Positions 17,737 through 32,700 of a stretch of DNA of 64,000 nt are shown one piece after another. Under the pieces are notes generated by a model that did no database searches, had not been told where the DNA came from, and saw nothing but the letters and a program-made list of their open reading frames with translations. Both the position numbers and the translations under genes were made by a program. Each line of letters opens with the position of its first letter. The stretch's first letter is position 1. Source of the DNA: a virus (taxonomy: Duplodnaviria; Caudoviricetes); the IMG/VR virus record IMGVR_UViG_3300011116_001007. The stretch is one strand, 5' to 3'.

Positions 17737-20700
17737 TGGCAACCGCACGATCAGTAGATTTTCTCCCACAAATATTTCAAACTGAAACCAACAAACAGTT
17801 TTTGGCTGCCACACTGGATCAACTCACACAGGAACCCAAGTTTAAAAAAACACAAGGATTCATCGGACGTACTGTGGGTTCGGGTGTCAACCCCAATGAC
17901 AAGTATGTGGTAGAACCAACCGCAGTCAGAAGAGATTATCAACTGGAACCTGGTGTGATCAGCCTAGTGCCTGACACAAACACTATTAAAAATGCCATCA
18001 CTTATCCGGGAATCAATGATGCTGTGTCATTCAGTGGCGGGGATGGTGGTCGTCCAGATCGATTGTACGAAAGCGAATATTACAGTTGGGATCCTTTTGT
18101 AGATTTTGATTCATTTGTAAATTTCAGTCAATATTTTTGGTTGCCAACAGGACCAGATGCTGTGGATGTGGCAGCTTCTACCATTTCCACCAGTGACAAT
18201 TTTGTCGTCACTCGAGAAAATGGAATTTATACATTCTCAGGAGTAGCAGGCAGTAATCCTGTTATTGATCTAGTACGCGGCGGTAACTATACTTTTCAAA
18301 TAGCACAGAACAACAAAGAAACTGCAAATTATCGTGTGACTAATTCAGGGATTTCTGCTTATCTACTAGATGGATTACGAAATCCAACCCTCACACTGGC
18401 ACGTGGCAACACCTATGTGTTTAATTTGGTTCTCAACGGCGACTTTCCTTTCTGGATCAAGACTGCACCAGTCACCGGACTTGAAGATGTGTACAGCACT
18501 GGCGTCACGAGAAACGGTGCTCGTACTGGTTTGGTTACATTTACCGTGCCTCAAGACGCTCCGGATATTTTATATTACGCCAGCCAAACTCAGCTCAACA
18601 TGCAAGGTACGTTGAATATTGTCAACGGCACTGAAGGAACTGGTCCAGGATTTTGGATACAAGCATTTCCAGGAGTAAGTGGAAAAGATCCAAGCCAACC
18701 AAATATCAGTTCGAGAGATGTGCTGGGCGTATCTAACAATGGCACTGATCTTGGCACTGTGACATTTAATGTTCCTCAAAAAACTGCACAAAATTTTTAT
18801 TATTCATTAACACCATTTGGTGTAAATTCCAGCGGCGCATTGACTACTCCAGTTGATATGATATGCGATCTTTCATTCAATCAAGTTGACAATCAACTGG
18901 TGGACGTGTTCCTGGCCACATATGGCGGCATAGATGGTACAAAAAATCTCAATGGTCGAACTCTGGTATTCACACAGTCACTAACTGATGCTGAAGCAAG
19001 TCTGTGGCAAATCAAATATGTGACCATAGATCTACTGACCTACATCAGTCTATCCAAGCTGGCTGATATTCCAGTACTGAATAAATTCAAAGCAAGATAC
19101 GGAATCAACTACAGCAACACCGAATGGTACAAAAAAGCCAACGGAACATTTGAAAGAATTCCTTTGTTGACCGCTGCACAGGATATATTGTATTACCAAG
19201 ATGGCACAGATCCAGAAATTTTTGGGCGCATCAGATTGATAGAACAAACTGCTGATACCACGCTGTATATTGATGCTATATTAGGTAAAAAATCTTATAC
19301 CAGTGCCAATGGTGTGGTATTCAGCAATGGACTCAAAGTAAAATTTGTCGGCGATGTGTTCCCAACATCGTATGCATCAGGAACACTTGATCTGACCATT
19401 ACTGCTGCACAATCAGGCAGTAACTATCTAACTACTGAATCTACTGCAAATTTATATGTTGGTGAAAAAATCATATTCATTGACAGCATTGGCGGGGTAT
19501 CGCCAGGAACATATTATGTTCAAAGTTTAGCAGCCAACGGAACACAATTCAGTATCAGCACACAAAAAGGCGGCGGCGCATATCCATTGCAAGCAGGCTC
19601 GGCCAATGCCCGTGCTATTGCAGTCAGCGATTTAGAATATTATGTGAGCGGTGTAGGAACTGCTATTGAATTATTGCCAGTTGAAAATTTTTCTACCCCT
19701 GAATTGTACGTGGTTGATGCCAACGACAGCACCATTTATGTAGAACCCGATACAACAGATTATTTAACTATCAATCGTGCCAGTCGAGACCGCAATGCCT
19801 GGAGTCGAAGCAATCGCTGGTTTCACTCTGATGTTATCAATGCCACAGCAAAGTACAATAACACCACAGCAGTTTTTGATAACAATTATCGAGCCAAGCG
19901 TCCAATCATACAATTCCGTCCCAACATTAGATTGTGGAACATGGGTACCGACGGTAAAAATCCAGTTGATATCATTGATTTTTCACAGACTGATGCTTTT
20001 AGTAATGTGGAAGGATCTACAGGATATTCAGTTGACGGATACACATTGATTGATGGTAGCCGTGTGATATTTGCTGCCGATCAAGATCAAAATGTCAAAA
20101 ATAAAATTTATGTAGTGTCATTCATTGTTCCTGACACAGTAGCACCACTGATTGCACAACCTATAATTTCGTTAACGCCGGCGCAAGATAGTGAAGTATT
20201 GATTGATCAATGTACAGTATGTCTGTATGGCACAACATCGCCGGGAGTAACGTTTTGGTTTGATGGTACCACCTGGACTGAAGCACAGCAAAAAATATCT
20301 GTGCAGCAGGCCCCGTTGTTTAATATCTACGACACCAATGGATACAGCTTTGGTGATCAAACAAAATATCAAAGTTCCACATTTGTCGGTAGCAAGTTGT
20401 TTAGCTATGCAGTAGGCGACACCAGCATAATTGACCCAATATTGCAATTTCCGTTGCAGTACCTCAATATCAATAATGTAGGCGACATTGTGTTTGTCAA
20501 CAACTTGTACAAGGATACTTTTTTATACGTGGCAGATAATGCCAGTGTGACATTGGATATCAGTTCAGGATCAGTCAAAGAGTACATAACTCGTGCCAGT
20601 TATCAACGATTGATAGGCTGGCAAACTGCTGCCACACCAAGTCAATGTTACCAACAATTTAAATTTACCTATACTGGAACCACGCTCAAATTAGATGTCA

Positions 20701-23700
20701 AAGTTGATGATCCAGTCAACAATACTCCAGCAATCAAAATATATGTAGGATCGGTATTTCAAGCACCCAGCACATACAGTTATCTTACCACAGCAACTAC
20801 CACAACAATCACATTGAATAACACGTATGTTCCTGATGATATCATTGAAGTATTGGCACTGAGCAGTCAGACCAGTAGTTCAGCATTTTATCAGGTGCCT
20901 ATCAATTTAGAAAACAATCCATTGAATGGTAACAGTCCGGAATTCACACTTGGAACCATACGCACACACTATGAAAGCATTTGTGAAAATGTTCTCACTG
21001 TTGTTGGGCCAGTGAATGGTTCCAACAACACAAGAGATCTTGGTAATTTAGTTCCGTATGGATTGACCATCTTACAACAAAGTTCGCCATTGACATTGGC
21101 GGGATATTTTCTAAGATCTCCAGACTATAATATTTTTGCATCATTGAGTTTTGCCGACAGAGAGTACAACAAATACAAATATCAATTGTTAGATGCAGTA
21201 ACAAATCAAACCATTGGATTTGACACAATTGGTCAAGTGTTAGACACAGCTATTCAAAGTATTACTTTGGGCCGGGTTGAATCACAACCGTTCTATTGGT
21301 CAGACATGTTGCCATCTGGAGCAGTATACACAACTACCACATACACCATTGGCTATACCAATACCAGTAGTTTTGATACTGTGCAAGTTTACAATTACCA
21401 ATCAGCCAATTACTTGGGTATGAATGTTTATCTCAACGAGGTGTTACTGGTTAGAGATCGTGATTATGTTGTGGCCACTGACGGACCACGAATCAGAATA
21501 CTAGTTGACCTGGCCATTGGCAGCACATTGGTGTTACAAGAATACAGCGCCACATATGGTAGCTTTGCTCCTAATACTCCTACCAAATTGGGATTGTACC
21601 CAGCGTTTGTGCCTCAAGTGATTACTCAACGAACCAGCAATGGCAACGTACAGGTCACACAAGGGCATGACGGATCAATTACTCCGTTGTTCAATGACAT
21701 ACGAGATCAAGTGCTGCTAGAATTTGAAACTAGAATTTATAACAATCTCAAATTAGATGGAAATCCAGTTCCGTTAACAATCGACGATGTGTTGCCAGGA
21801 CAATTTCGCAGTACAGGATTCAGCTATTCAGAAATTACTGAAATATTAAATCAAGATTTTTTAAGATATGTAGGAGCAAACAAACTTGATTATCGAACAC
21901 AAGATTTTCGTGCCACAAACGAATTCACCTGGAATTACAGTAGTACCAAGAACAAACTTGACAACAGTCAAAACTTATTAGGCGCCTGGCGCGGCATAAA
22001 TCGATATTTCTATGACACTGAACAACCACAATACACTCCTTGGGAGATGTTGGGATTTAGTAAAAAACCATTATGGTGGGAAGATGTATATGGCCCTGCT
22101 CCGTACACCGGCGATAACTTGGTGTTGTGGGATGATCTAGCAGCCGGCTATGTGGCTGATCCAGTGGCACCGTATTTTCGCCCCAAATATGCACGTCCGG
22201 CCAGCACTGGCTCGATTGCTGAACCTCAACGCGGCGGCATCTGGGGTGCAGGACCATACCCTTCGCTGTTCCCAATCATACCCACCGGAGACGAAGGACA
22301 ATTACTCAGCCCGTTCAACAGTGTAATGGGCGTGTACAGCAATGCACAATTTAAGAAAAGTTGGGCACCCGGTGATGGAGGACCAGTAGAAGCTTCGTGG
22401 TGGAACAGTTCTAGTTATCCATTTGCAGTGATGCATGTGCTGGCAGTTACCAAACCAGCCAAATTTTTTGCATTGTTTGCTGACCGTGACTTGTATCGTT
22501 ACAATGAAGAATTTGGTCAATACTTGTTGAATGATCGTTATCGTTTGGATGCCAACGGCATTGAAGTTTACGGCAATGGTGTCAGTAAAGCCAGTTACAT
22601 TGATTGGATAGTTGACTATAATCGTCAATCTGGTATTAACTCCACTGACGAACTCACTGCCGATCTGGCCAATCTTGACGTGAGATTGTGTTACAGAATG
22701 GCCAGTTTTTCTGACAAACAATACATCAAATTATATACTGAAAAATCTAGTCCTAATTCTACCAATACTACATTGATGATTCCCGACGAAAGTTACAATC
22801 TATTACTTTACAAAAATCAACCATTTGATCGCACTGATTATTCTGCAGTAGTTGTACAAAATGTTCCAGGTGGATATGCAGTGTTTGGCTACAGCACATC
22901 TTTGCCTTATTTCAAAGTGCTGGCCAGTAAATCTACCGGTCAGCTACGCACTATTTCATCTGGCGGCGCCACTGTACGTGTGCCTACTTTTTACACCAAC
23001 ACAGAGGTCCGCGTACCATATGGATTTATATTTGCCAATGAAACCAGTGTGTGCGATTTTTTACTCAGCTACGGCGAATTATCAAAACAACAAGGTATAA
23101 CATTTACCAATCGTGCCAATGGTTACGTATTGGATTGGAATCAAATGTGCCAGGAATTCTTGTATTGGAGCCAACAAGGATGGGGAGAAAATGCTTTATT
23201 AAATTTAAATCCATTGGCTGCTAAACTCACGGTCACACGTGACCAAGCAGTAGTGGACAGCATAGTTGTACAAGCAGCAGATAATGTGTTGCTGGATCAA
23301 AACAATAGAGAATTACCCACACGCAATCTCAATATCACACGTATCGACAATACATTTACTTGTGAACCATTGACCACACAAACGTTGAGTTTCATTGATC
23401 TAAAGTACACCACCTATGAACACATGATTGTGTTGAATAATCAAAGTGTATTTGGAGATTTAATTTATCAACCTATCACTGGTGCTCGGCAAAATCGTTT
23501 GATCTTGGTGGCTTCTAATACAGCTGACTGGACTGGACAAATTAACACACCGGGATTTATTCTCAATCTAGATAACGTAGAAGAATGGGTTGGGTACAAA
23601 AGATATACCAAAGGTCAAATAGTAAAATACAAAAATGTGTATTGGAGCGCTCTAAACATTGTACAACCCAGCGAAAAATTCAATTTCAACGAATGGGTAC

Positions 23701-26700
23701 AAAGCGATTACACACAGATTGAATTGGGACTGTTGCCTAACTTGGCAAACAAAGCCAATCAGTTGTCCAACAGTTACAATATCAATTCTGCTAATCTTGA
23801 AAAAGACAATGACTTACTGAGCTACGGTCTGATCGGATTTCGTCCACGCCAATACATGGCTGCATTGAATCTTGACGACGTCAGCCAACTCAATGTGTAC
23901 AGACAGTTCCTTGGATCCAAAGGCACAATCCTCAGTGCAGAATTATTTTCCAATGCCAACCTTGGCAAAGAAGCTGCTGATTACAGCATATATGAAAATT
24001 GGGCAGTGTTACGGTCTGTCTATGGTGCCAATGCTAATCGCAGTTTTGTTGAATTAAGATTGGACCGTACGTATCTCAGCAGCAATCCTAGTCTAGTACA
24101 AGTGGTGTTACCGCAGCAAGTGAGTTCAGCAGATCAGCAAATATTGCTTAGTAATGTGTGGAAACAAAGTTATAAATTAACTTCACCAGATTTTCTACCA
24201 ACAACCACAATCACACCCACTGACATAGCATTGCCCACAGCAGGATATGTAAATTTGAATGACGCTGATATCACAGTATTTGATATCAATGATTTGGCCA
24301 ATATTTCTGCTAATCTTGATGCCATTGCAGTGGGAACGTCAATTTGGATAGCAAAAATAAATGACTACGATTGGAATATATATCGTGCTCAATCAGTGCC
24401 CGGCACTGTACAACATGTATGCGACAATCTAGACGGAACCAGTCGGGTGATATTCAGTCAATCACATGGTTTGTCTGCTGGTGACACATTGATAATTAAA
24501 TTCTTTGATACAGAAGTCAATGGAGTATATCAAGTGTTGAGTGTGAGTAATTTAACCACAGTAAATATTGCATTTCAGTTTGTTCAGAAACGTACTGTGG
24601 CCAATGGACTTGGCCTGGGATTCACGTTGCAGACCATGCGTGTGGCACAGGCGTCAGACGTGATCAATTTGCCATATGCAAATGATGTTGTACCTGGCGC
24701 TAAAGTTTGGGTAGATAACAACGGTGATGATCTATGGGAAGTGATACAAAAACAACAAGTGTTTGTTGACTCATCACAAATTAGTCCGTTACTGCTGGAT
24801 GCAGGTGAACAATTTGGAGTTGCTGTTGCACAGGCCACAGCAAGATTGGCTTTGTTTGTTGGCAGCCCAAAATACGGGTTTGGCGGCAGCGCCCAAAAAG
24901 GTGCAGTGTATGTTTATGTTAAAAACTCACAAGATCAATATGCTCCAGTGAGTCCGATAATCGACGCAGATGGCATACTCACACTGGACCGAACTGGAGT
25001 GCGCGGTTACGGAAATGCTGTGGATTTTGGCAATCAAACTTGGGCGGTGGCAGGTGCCAGCAAGAGCCTAGGGCCCAACAGCGAAGTCAACAATGGGTAC
25101 GCGTCGGTGATCTATCGAGATCCAGCACTGGGCCAACCGGGTGTGAATCCGTTTACCAATTGGCAGTTGTTGACTCTACCAGGAACCACAACATCAACTA
25201 CTCCGGGTGCAGGAGAGTTTGGATATTCTGTCACAATGAGTCTCGATGAACGTTGGATGTATATCGGTGCACCGGGCCTGAACACAGTGTATGCATACGG
25301 TCGTGTGGACTGGCAAGATCAGTTTGTAACCATACTTGGCACCGGAACAACCACTCAATACACCATTTCCAGCACAATACAAATAAACAACAGCAGTCAA
25401 CTGAAAGTGCTAATAGATGGGCAACTGCAAACCACCGGTTATTCAATAGATGCAGCATTTGACAAAGTCACGTTCACTACAGCACCCAATTTGGGTGCCT
25501 TGATAAAATTTCAACGCATCAATACTCAACAGCTAGATGCACAAACTTACTATGATGTGTCACAAACATCCACCAGCGGCAGCGGAACCGGTGCCAAGTT
25601 TACCATAACTCGTGTTCGCGGGGAAGTGGGACAGCCTGGCGCTACTCTCGGCGGAGTAGGTGCTACTTCTGTTGGAACAGGTTACGCAGTAGGCAATACC
25701 ATAACCATCGCTGGCGCTAGTTTTGGTGGCACAAACAATATTGTACTAACAATAACATCCATTGGCACAGGTGGCACACTTGATGGTTTTAATATTGCAT
25801 ATACTCCCCCTGCTTTGGCCACAGTATTTTCATTGAATGAATATTTCTTTACAGCCACCAATATCTATAGTTTTAGTATTGCAGTCGACGGAGTTCTTTA
25901 CAGACCCAATATTGACTATACGTTTGATACTGTCACACAAGATTTAACATTTACCGGTGCTGGCCCTGCAGCAGGCACTATAATTATTGCACGAGCACAA
26001 AGTTACTTTACCTATGTTAATTCTATCACTGCCAGTGGTCTCAGCGCAAGTGATAGATTTGGACATTCAATTGCATGTACCACAGATGGTCGACAAGTTG
26101 TAATTGGAACACCGTATAGCACACAAGACAGCAATGCTGAAGCAGGCTCTGTATACGTATTTGATCGCAATGTACAACGATTTATCTACGGCAGTGACGG
26201 ATCAACTGTGACGTTTACCTTGCTAGGAACTCCAGCAGCGCCAATCAGTGTCATTGTGAACAATGTATTCTTGACCAATCAAACTGACAGCGTGATTGGT
26301 GCGCCAAATACTTTTTATTGGAACGGTGCCAATACTGTAACAGTCAATGCTGATTTACAATACGGTGATGTGGTCGAAATTGAAACCAATCAATTTGCTC
26401 AGATACAAAAAATCACTCAGAACTCAGTGGCTAATTTTTCAAACTTTGGACAAAGTGTAGACATCTGCAGTTACAATTGCAGTTTGTATGTGGGTGTACC
26501 TCAAAGCAGCGTGCAAATTTACAAAGGTGGCGTGGTTGAACGCGATGTAAATCAAAGCCGTATATATGGTACTACAACATCAACCGTGGCTAATGCTGCA
26601 TTAACTGCTGGCAATACTGTGCGTGTGAACAACATGGATGTTGTGGTGCCGGCAGCATGGAGCAACTTAAATTCGTATTATAAAAATGATGTAGTTTATA

Positions 26701-29700
26701 ATTTGTCTGGCAGCACCTATACTATCTATGTTGCATTACAAGATGTCCCAGTAGCCACAGTATTGACCAATGTTAGTTATTGGTCTCCAGTCACAACAAC
26801 CACAGTGGCGGCCAGCGTCTATGTACGTGCATTGGCTGCACAGATAAACAGCACAGTGCCCAATGTGATTGCCACCGTTGATGTCAGTGGATATTTAACT
26901 GTGTCAGTTAAAAATAATAATTCAGCTCAGGCCTTTAACAAATTACAAGTGGCACCAGGATCAATTGGCACAGCATTTGCCACACTGGCATTCACTACAT
27001 TTGCATTTACACAAACCATAGTCAGTCCTTATCCTGTAAAATATTCTGCTTTTGGTTCAAGTATAAACATTGCAGATTCGGCCACTACCCTGGTAGTGGG
27101 TGCGCCAAACGGCACTTTGTATTTGATAACTGTGTTTGATGATGGCAATACAGACTTTGATGCTGACAGTACTACATTTATTACTACGGTAATCAATAGT
27201 GGTGCAGTGTACACATATGACTATTTGCCAAGTGCAAGTATGAGTATATCAAATCCAGGCAAGTTCTTGTTTGGCCAACAGATCAACAACAGTGAAGTAA
27301 ATGCATTAGATACATTTGGATCAACTGTCAGCTATGTTGATGGGATTTTGGTTGCTGGTGCTCCAAACAATGATGTAGGCGATAGTACGGCAAATTATGG
27401 GCGAATTTTCTTGTTTGAAAATCCCACCCGCACTCCCGCCTGGACAGTGATACGACAACAGCAACCAGTGGTAGATGTCAGTTTACTCAATGGAGTATTC
27501 ACGTACGATCGTATTACCAGTGCTACCACACAGTTCTTTGACTTTTTTGATCCTCTTCAAGGCAAAATATTAGGTGCTGCACGGCAAAATATTGATTATA
27601 TCAGCGGCATAGATCCTGCCAACTACAACATTGGCCCCAGCGGTATCAATGGTGCCACCTGGTGGGCTGGACATGTTGGTGAAGTATGGTGGGATACCAG
27701 CACAGTGCGTTTTATTGATCCCAATCAAGACGACATAACTTATGCCAGTCGACGATGGGGGCAAAATTTTCCTGGAAGTTCAATAGATATATATCAATGG
27801 ATTTTGAGCACAGTGCCTCCAGCCAGTTATACTGGTCCAGGTGTGCCGTACAGCACTTCAAGTTACAGCATCAATACTAGACTCAACCGAGACGGTATAT
27901 TTGCCACTGAATACTATTTCTGGGTGCGTGGGATCACAACCACTGCTGTGCAAGAAGGAAAAACACTCAGCGTGGCCACTGTGGCACAGTACATAGAAAA
28001 TCCACGTGCCAGTGGGATAACTTACATGGCACCAATCAATGCCAGCACCGTTGCTCTTTACAATGCTGCTGAATACATAGTGGCATCGGACACAGTGCTC
28101 AACATATCATTTGACAGAGAAGCTACGGAAAGCAACGTACATACCGAATATGAACTGATTGCCGAAGGAAAACCAGACGCATTTTTGAGCACAAACCTCT
28201 ATCGCAAATTGCAAGACAGTTTCTGCGGAGTTGATACATTTGGTAACAATGTGCCAGACGCTAATCTCAGTCCAGCAGAACGTTATGGTGTGCAATTTAG
28301 ACCACGGCAAAGCATGTTTGTGGATAGATTTGATGCTCTTAAAAATTATCTCACAAGAGTAAATGATGTACTGGCAAGATTTACAATTTCTGAAAGTCGC
28401 AGTTTCAATCTTCTCAATAGTGCAGAACCTGAGCCAAGTGCAGCCTCAGGTCAATGGAATTTGCGTGTGGCAAATTTAGAGATATTGGGATTCCAAAATA
28501 TCTATACAGTCCCAATGGGATATCGCTATTTGGTGGTAACTGACAGTAATAATCGTGGCCTGTGGACCATCTATACTGTGACAGCCAGCGATCAAGTGTC
28601 AGGCGAACGTCTATTACGATTGTCATTTGTTCAAGGATATAACACTGCTGATTATTGGAGTTATATTGATTGGTATCTTCCAGGATACAATTCCAGCACC
28701 AAGGTACTGGCAGAAGTTGCCAACAAAGCTGGACTAAGAACTTTGGAGTTGGCAGTGGGCAGCAGCGCTCAAGTTACTGCAAATTCTCAAGGTAAATGGG
28801 AAATATACTTGCTAACTGACACAGGGTGGGAACGTGTTGGATTACAAGATGGAACAATTGCATTCTCTGCAGAGTTATGGGATTACCAATTGGGTAGATT
28901 TGGTTTTGATATTGAAGTGTTTGATGCTCAATACTATGATCAAGAACCTGTAAAAGAAACACGAAAAATTATTCAAGCCATCAATGAAGAATTATTAATT
29001 AATGATCTGCTAATAGAACGTAATCTTGCTTTGACGTTGATGTTTAACTATGTGTTAAGCGAATTTGCTGCACCCGAATGGTTGGTCAAAACCAGTCTAA
29101 TTGATGTGGATCATAGAATACGTGATCTAGTACCATATCAAAACTATCGCCGCGACAATCAAGAATTTGTAATTGATTATATCAAAGAAGTCAAACCTTA
29201 TCATGTGCAACTACGTGAATTTAATCTACGTTATAACGGCGCAGATCAGTATCTAGGAAGTCTAACTGACTTTGATGTTCCAGCATATTATAATACTTCA
29301 TTGACTGTGCCACAATACACCAGTCCTATATTGTTACCGTATGAGCATGGCTCGTCAGACGTTGCTAATTTTTCAAGCGATTTACCATCCAATAGCACGG
29401 TATGGTCTGCGTTCCCGTACAATCAATGGTATAACAATTATTTGTTGACATTGACTGCTGTAAATATTGTTGACAACGGCACAGGTTATACAGAACCGCC
29501 ATTGGTAATCATTGGCAATGTGTGGACCGCCAATACAGCAGTGTCTATAAATCAACAACTGTTTTATGTTGATGGTAATGTGACCAATTTGTATACTGTG
29601 GTAGCAAATGGAACTACAGGCATAATACCTCCGACATTTACAACCAGCGGAACTCAGACTGACGGCACCGCTATGTTGGCGTATGCAGGTCTTGCTGCTA

Positions 29701-32700
29701 CTGCAACAGCAGTAATCAACAGCTTGGGTCAGGTAGTGGCAATAAATGTAACCAGTTCAGACGCAGTATATCGGTCAACTCCTGCTATATCATTTGCTGG
29801 CGGCGGCGGAGTTGGGCGAGATGCTAGAGCCTATGCAATTATAAAACCAGGCCTTGCACGAAGTTTTAAAACTACTATCAAATATGATAGATTCCAATAT
29901 TTCAGTGATGTTCAAGATTGGAGTTCCAGCGGAACTTATCAAGATGGCCAATTGGTAAGATACGATGATCGTGTATGGCAAGCTGCCAGTGCAGATTCTA
30001 CCGCAGTGGTAGGTCCTGATTTTAGTCTTGAAGATTGGACACCAATTCCGGCTCAAGATTTAACTGGTGTAAATCGCACAATGGGATTGTATGTGCCTGG
30101 AGTAAATCAACCAGGATTGGATTTGCCTTTGCTAATTGATGGGGTTGATTATCCAGGAGTTCAAGTATATGGCAATTATTTCTTAGGAACTGCTCTCACC
30201 GATGCCACTTATGCAAGCTCGTTTACAGATGCCACATTAGGCGACACTTTTTCCAGTATCAATGTTGATGGCGGCGAATTTATAGGATTGTACGAAGGGC
30301 ATGCTCCTGAAGAACTGGTCAATGGTGCAGAATTTGACACACTCGATCTGCGTGTGTACACACGACCAGGCGCAGATTGGAACAGAGATGGTCATGGTTT
30401 CCAAATGGCAGATCGACGTTATCTGTATGAAGCAGCAATTACCAACACAGTTAGTTGGGCGGGCCTAGTTGAAAATCCAGTGAACATTTCTGTAGTCAAT
30501 ACCACTACCAATTTACCATTGAGTTTGAACGTTGACTACACTGTGGATTGGGTATTACAGACTCTCACAGTGTTGACTGTGGCCGATGGGGATATCTTAA
30601 GCATCACTGCTTACGAACTTGGCGGCGGCAGTCAATTGTATCGTGACAATTTTGCAGGCACAGGTTTGCAAACTGTGATAATTCCAGTAAATGCCGCTGA
30701 AATTATAAGTTTAGCAATATTTGTCAATGGAACATTAACAAGTGGCGCTACCTGGACGCCATATGTTGCAAGTGTGGACTGGAATCAGCTGTCTAGTTAT
30801 TCGTTCAAAGACGTGGTCAATATCAATGACGGTAGTTCTGCAGAAACTTATTATCGAGCAATAAAAAATGTACCAGCCGGCGTTGAAATTACCAACGTTG
30901 CATACTGGTTGGAATTTGTACCTACGTTCGAATCAATTGTTAATTTTGGGACAGTATACAACACCACTGACGAAATTGCACTGACTGCATTTGGCGTGTC
31001 AACCATTGATGCTGGCTATTTTGTAATTGGTAGACAGTACACAATTACTCAAGTTGGAACCACTGATTTCGTAGCCATTGGAGCCGGAGCAAACACAGTA
31101 GGCACAGTGTTCACGGCCAATGGTGTAGGATCGGGCACAGGTCAAGCATCTACAACATACAGTTGGAGTGCTCCACAAACTCAATACATTGTGGCTGACG
31201 CAAATTTTGTCACATTCAAAACCACTACTTTGACCAATTCTGTTCAAGGCAGTAATCTTGCCAACATGATTGTCACACGCAATGGATTGAGATTGCAGCC
31301 GCCCGAAGGAAGAGAATGGATCAGCGATGGAAGTTCATTGTCATTTGGTCTTCCGACTCGCGGCGGCTACAGCCAGAGTATTATAAATGCCACCACAGAT
31401 GTCATAGTCTGGGTTGACGAAATATTACAACAACAAAGCATAGGTGGTGTTCCGGGCACATATAGCGTGACTCCATACGTGGCTGCCAATGACCGTGAGG
31501 TGGTGTTCAATGTGGCACCGCCAGCAGGAGCTAGAATATTGATCACAGTGACTACTCAAGCTGGATATGATTTAGTCGGCAACAGTCTACAAATTGTGGG
31601 AGGTGTGAATCTCAACGATTTATTCGCAGTGACAACTTTCAATGACACTTCGCAACTGAATCCATTGACATTGGTGTTCAATGGGCCAGTGATTACAGGT
31701 GTGGAAGTTGCGGATCCGTTTGACCCGCTGCCAAACGATCCAGCGTATAATAGTCAACCGGGCAGTTTTGATTACGCTACAGTTAACAATACACAATGGA
31801 GTTTTTCATACAGCAAAGGTGCGGCTGTGTATGACAATCAATTCTGGTTAGAACGTGCCAATGTCAGCCCATCTAGACTTTGGGTCACATTGGACGGATA
31901 TGCATTGACCAACAGCATAGATTACACAGTAGAAGGTGAATATCTAATACTAACATCGGGTGCAATCAAACCTGATCAGATAATGGTCATAACAGAAATT
32001 ACCAATAGCATTGTGCCAGATGCAATAGCATTCCGTATATTTCAAGACATGCGCGGCGTGCAGGCCACATATCGTATGACCACTGCCACTACCACAGTAT
32101 TGACACAGCCACTCAGTGCCACAGACAACATAATGTATGTGGAAAATGTATCAGCACTGGGTCATCCCAATCTTGAACTGGGTGTGTTTGGAGTATGTAC
32201 AGTGGATGGTGAACGCATCATGTACAGAGATATTGATGCAGCAACCAATACCATTGCGGGACTCATGAGAGGTACTGCTGGTACAGCCGCAGCTGACCAT
32301 TTGGTAAATGCTGCTGTGTACAATCTCAGCCGCGGTAATTTATTACAAAGCAGCTATCAAGATTACATTGTGTCAGACACCAGCACTGGAGATGGGTCTA
32401 CCACGGTGTTTTATGCACCAAGTATAAATGTCAATGATTTTGTTGACAGCAGCAGTGAAGCTCCTGCAATTGAAGTATATGTTGGCGGCACACGACAATA
32501 TGCTTACAGTGACACAACTGCCACCAGCCAATACCGTTGGTTTGTGACAGATTTTGACCCATTGGCAGTGGATTTTGTTGTAGATAACACTGTGTATCCT
32601 CCACTATTTGCCCCGGCTCCCAATGTAGAAGTCACAATATTGGTACGCCAGGGAGTGACCTGGTATCAACGCGGAGTTACCACACCCAGTGACGGAATTG

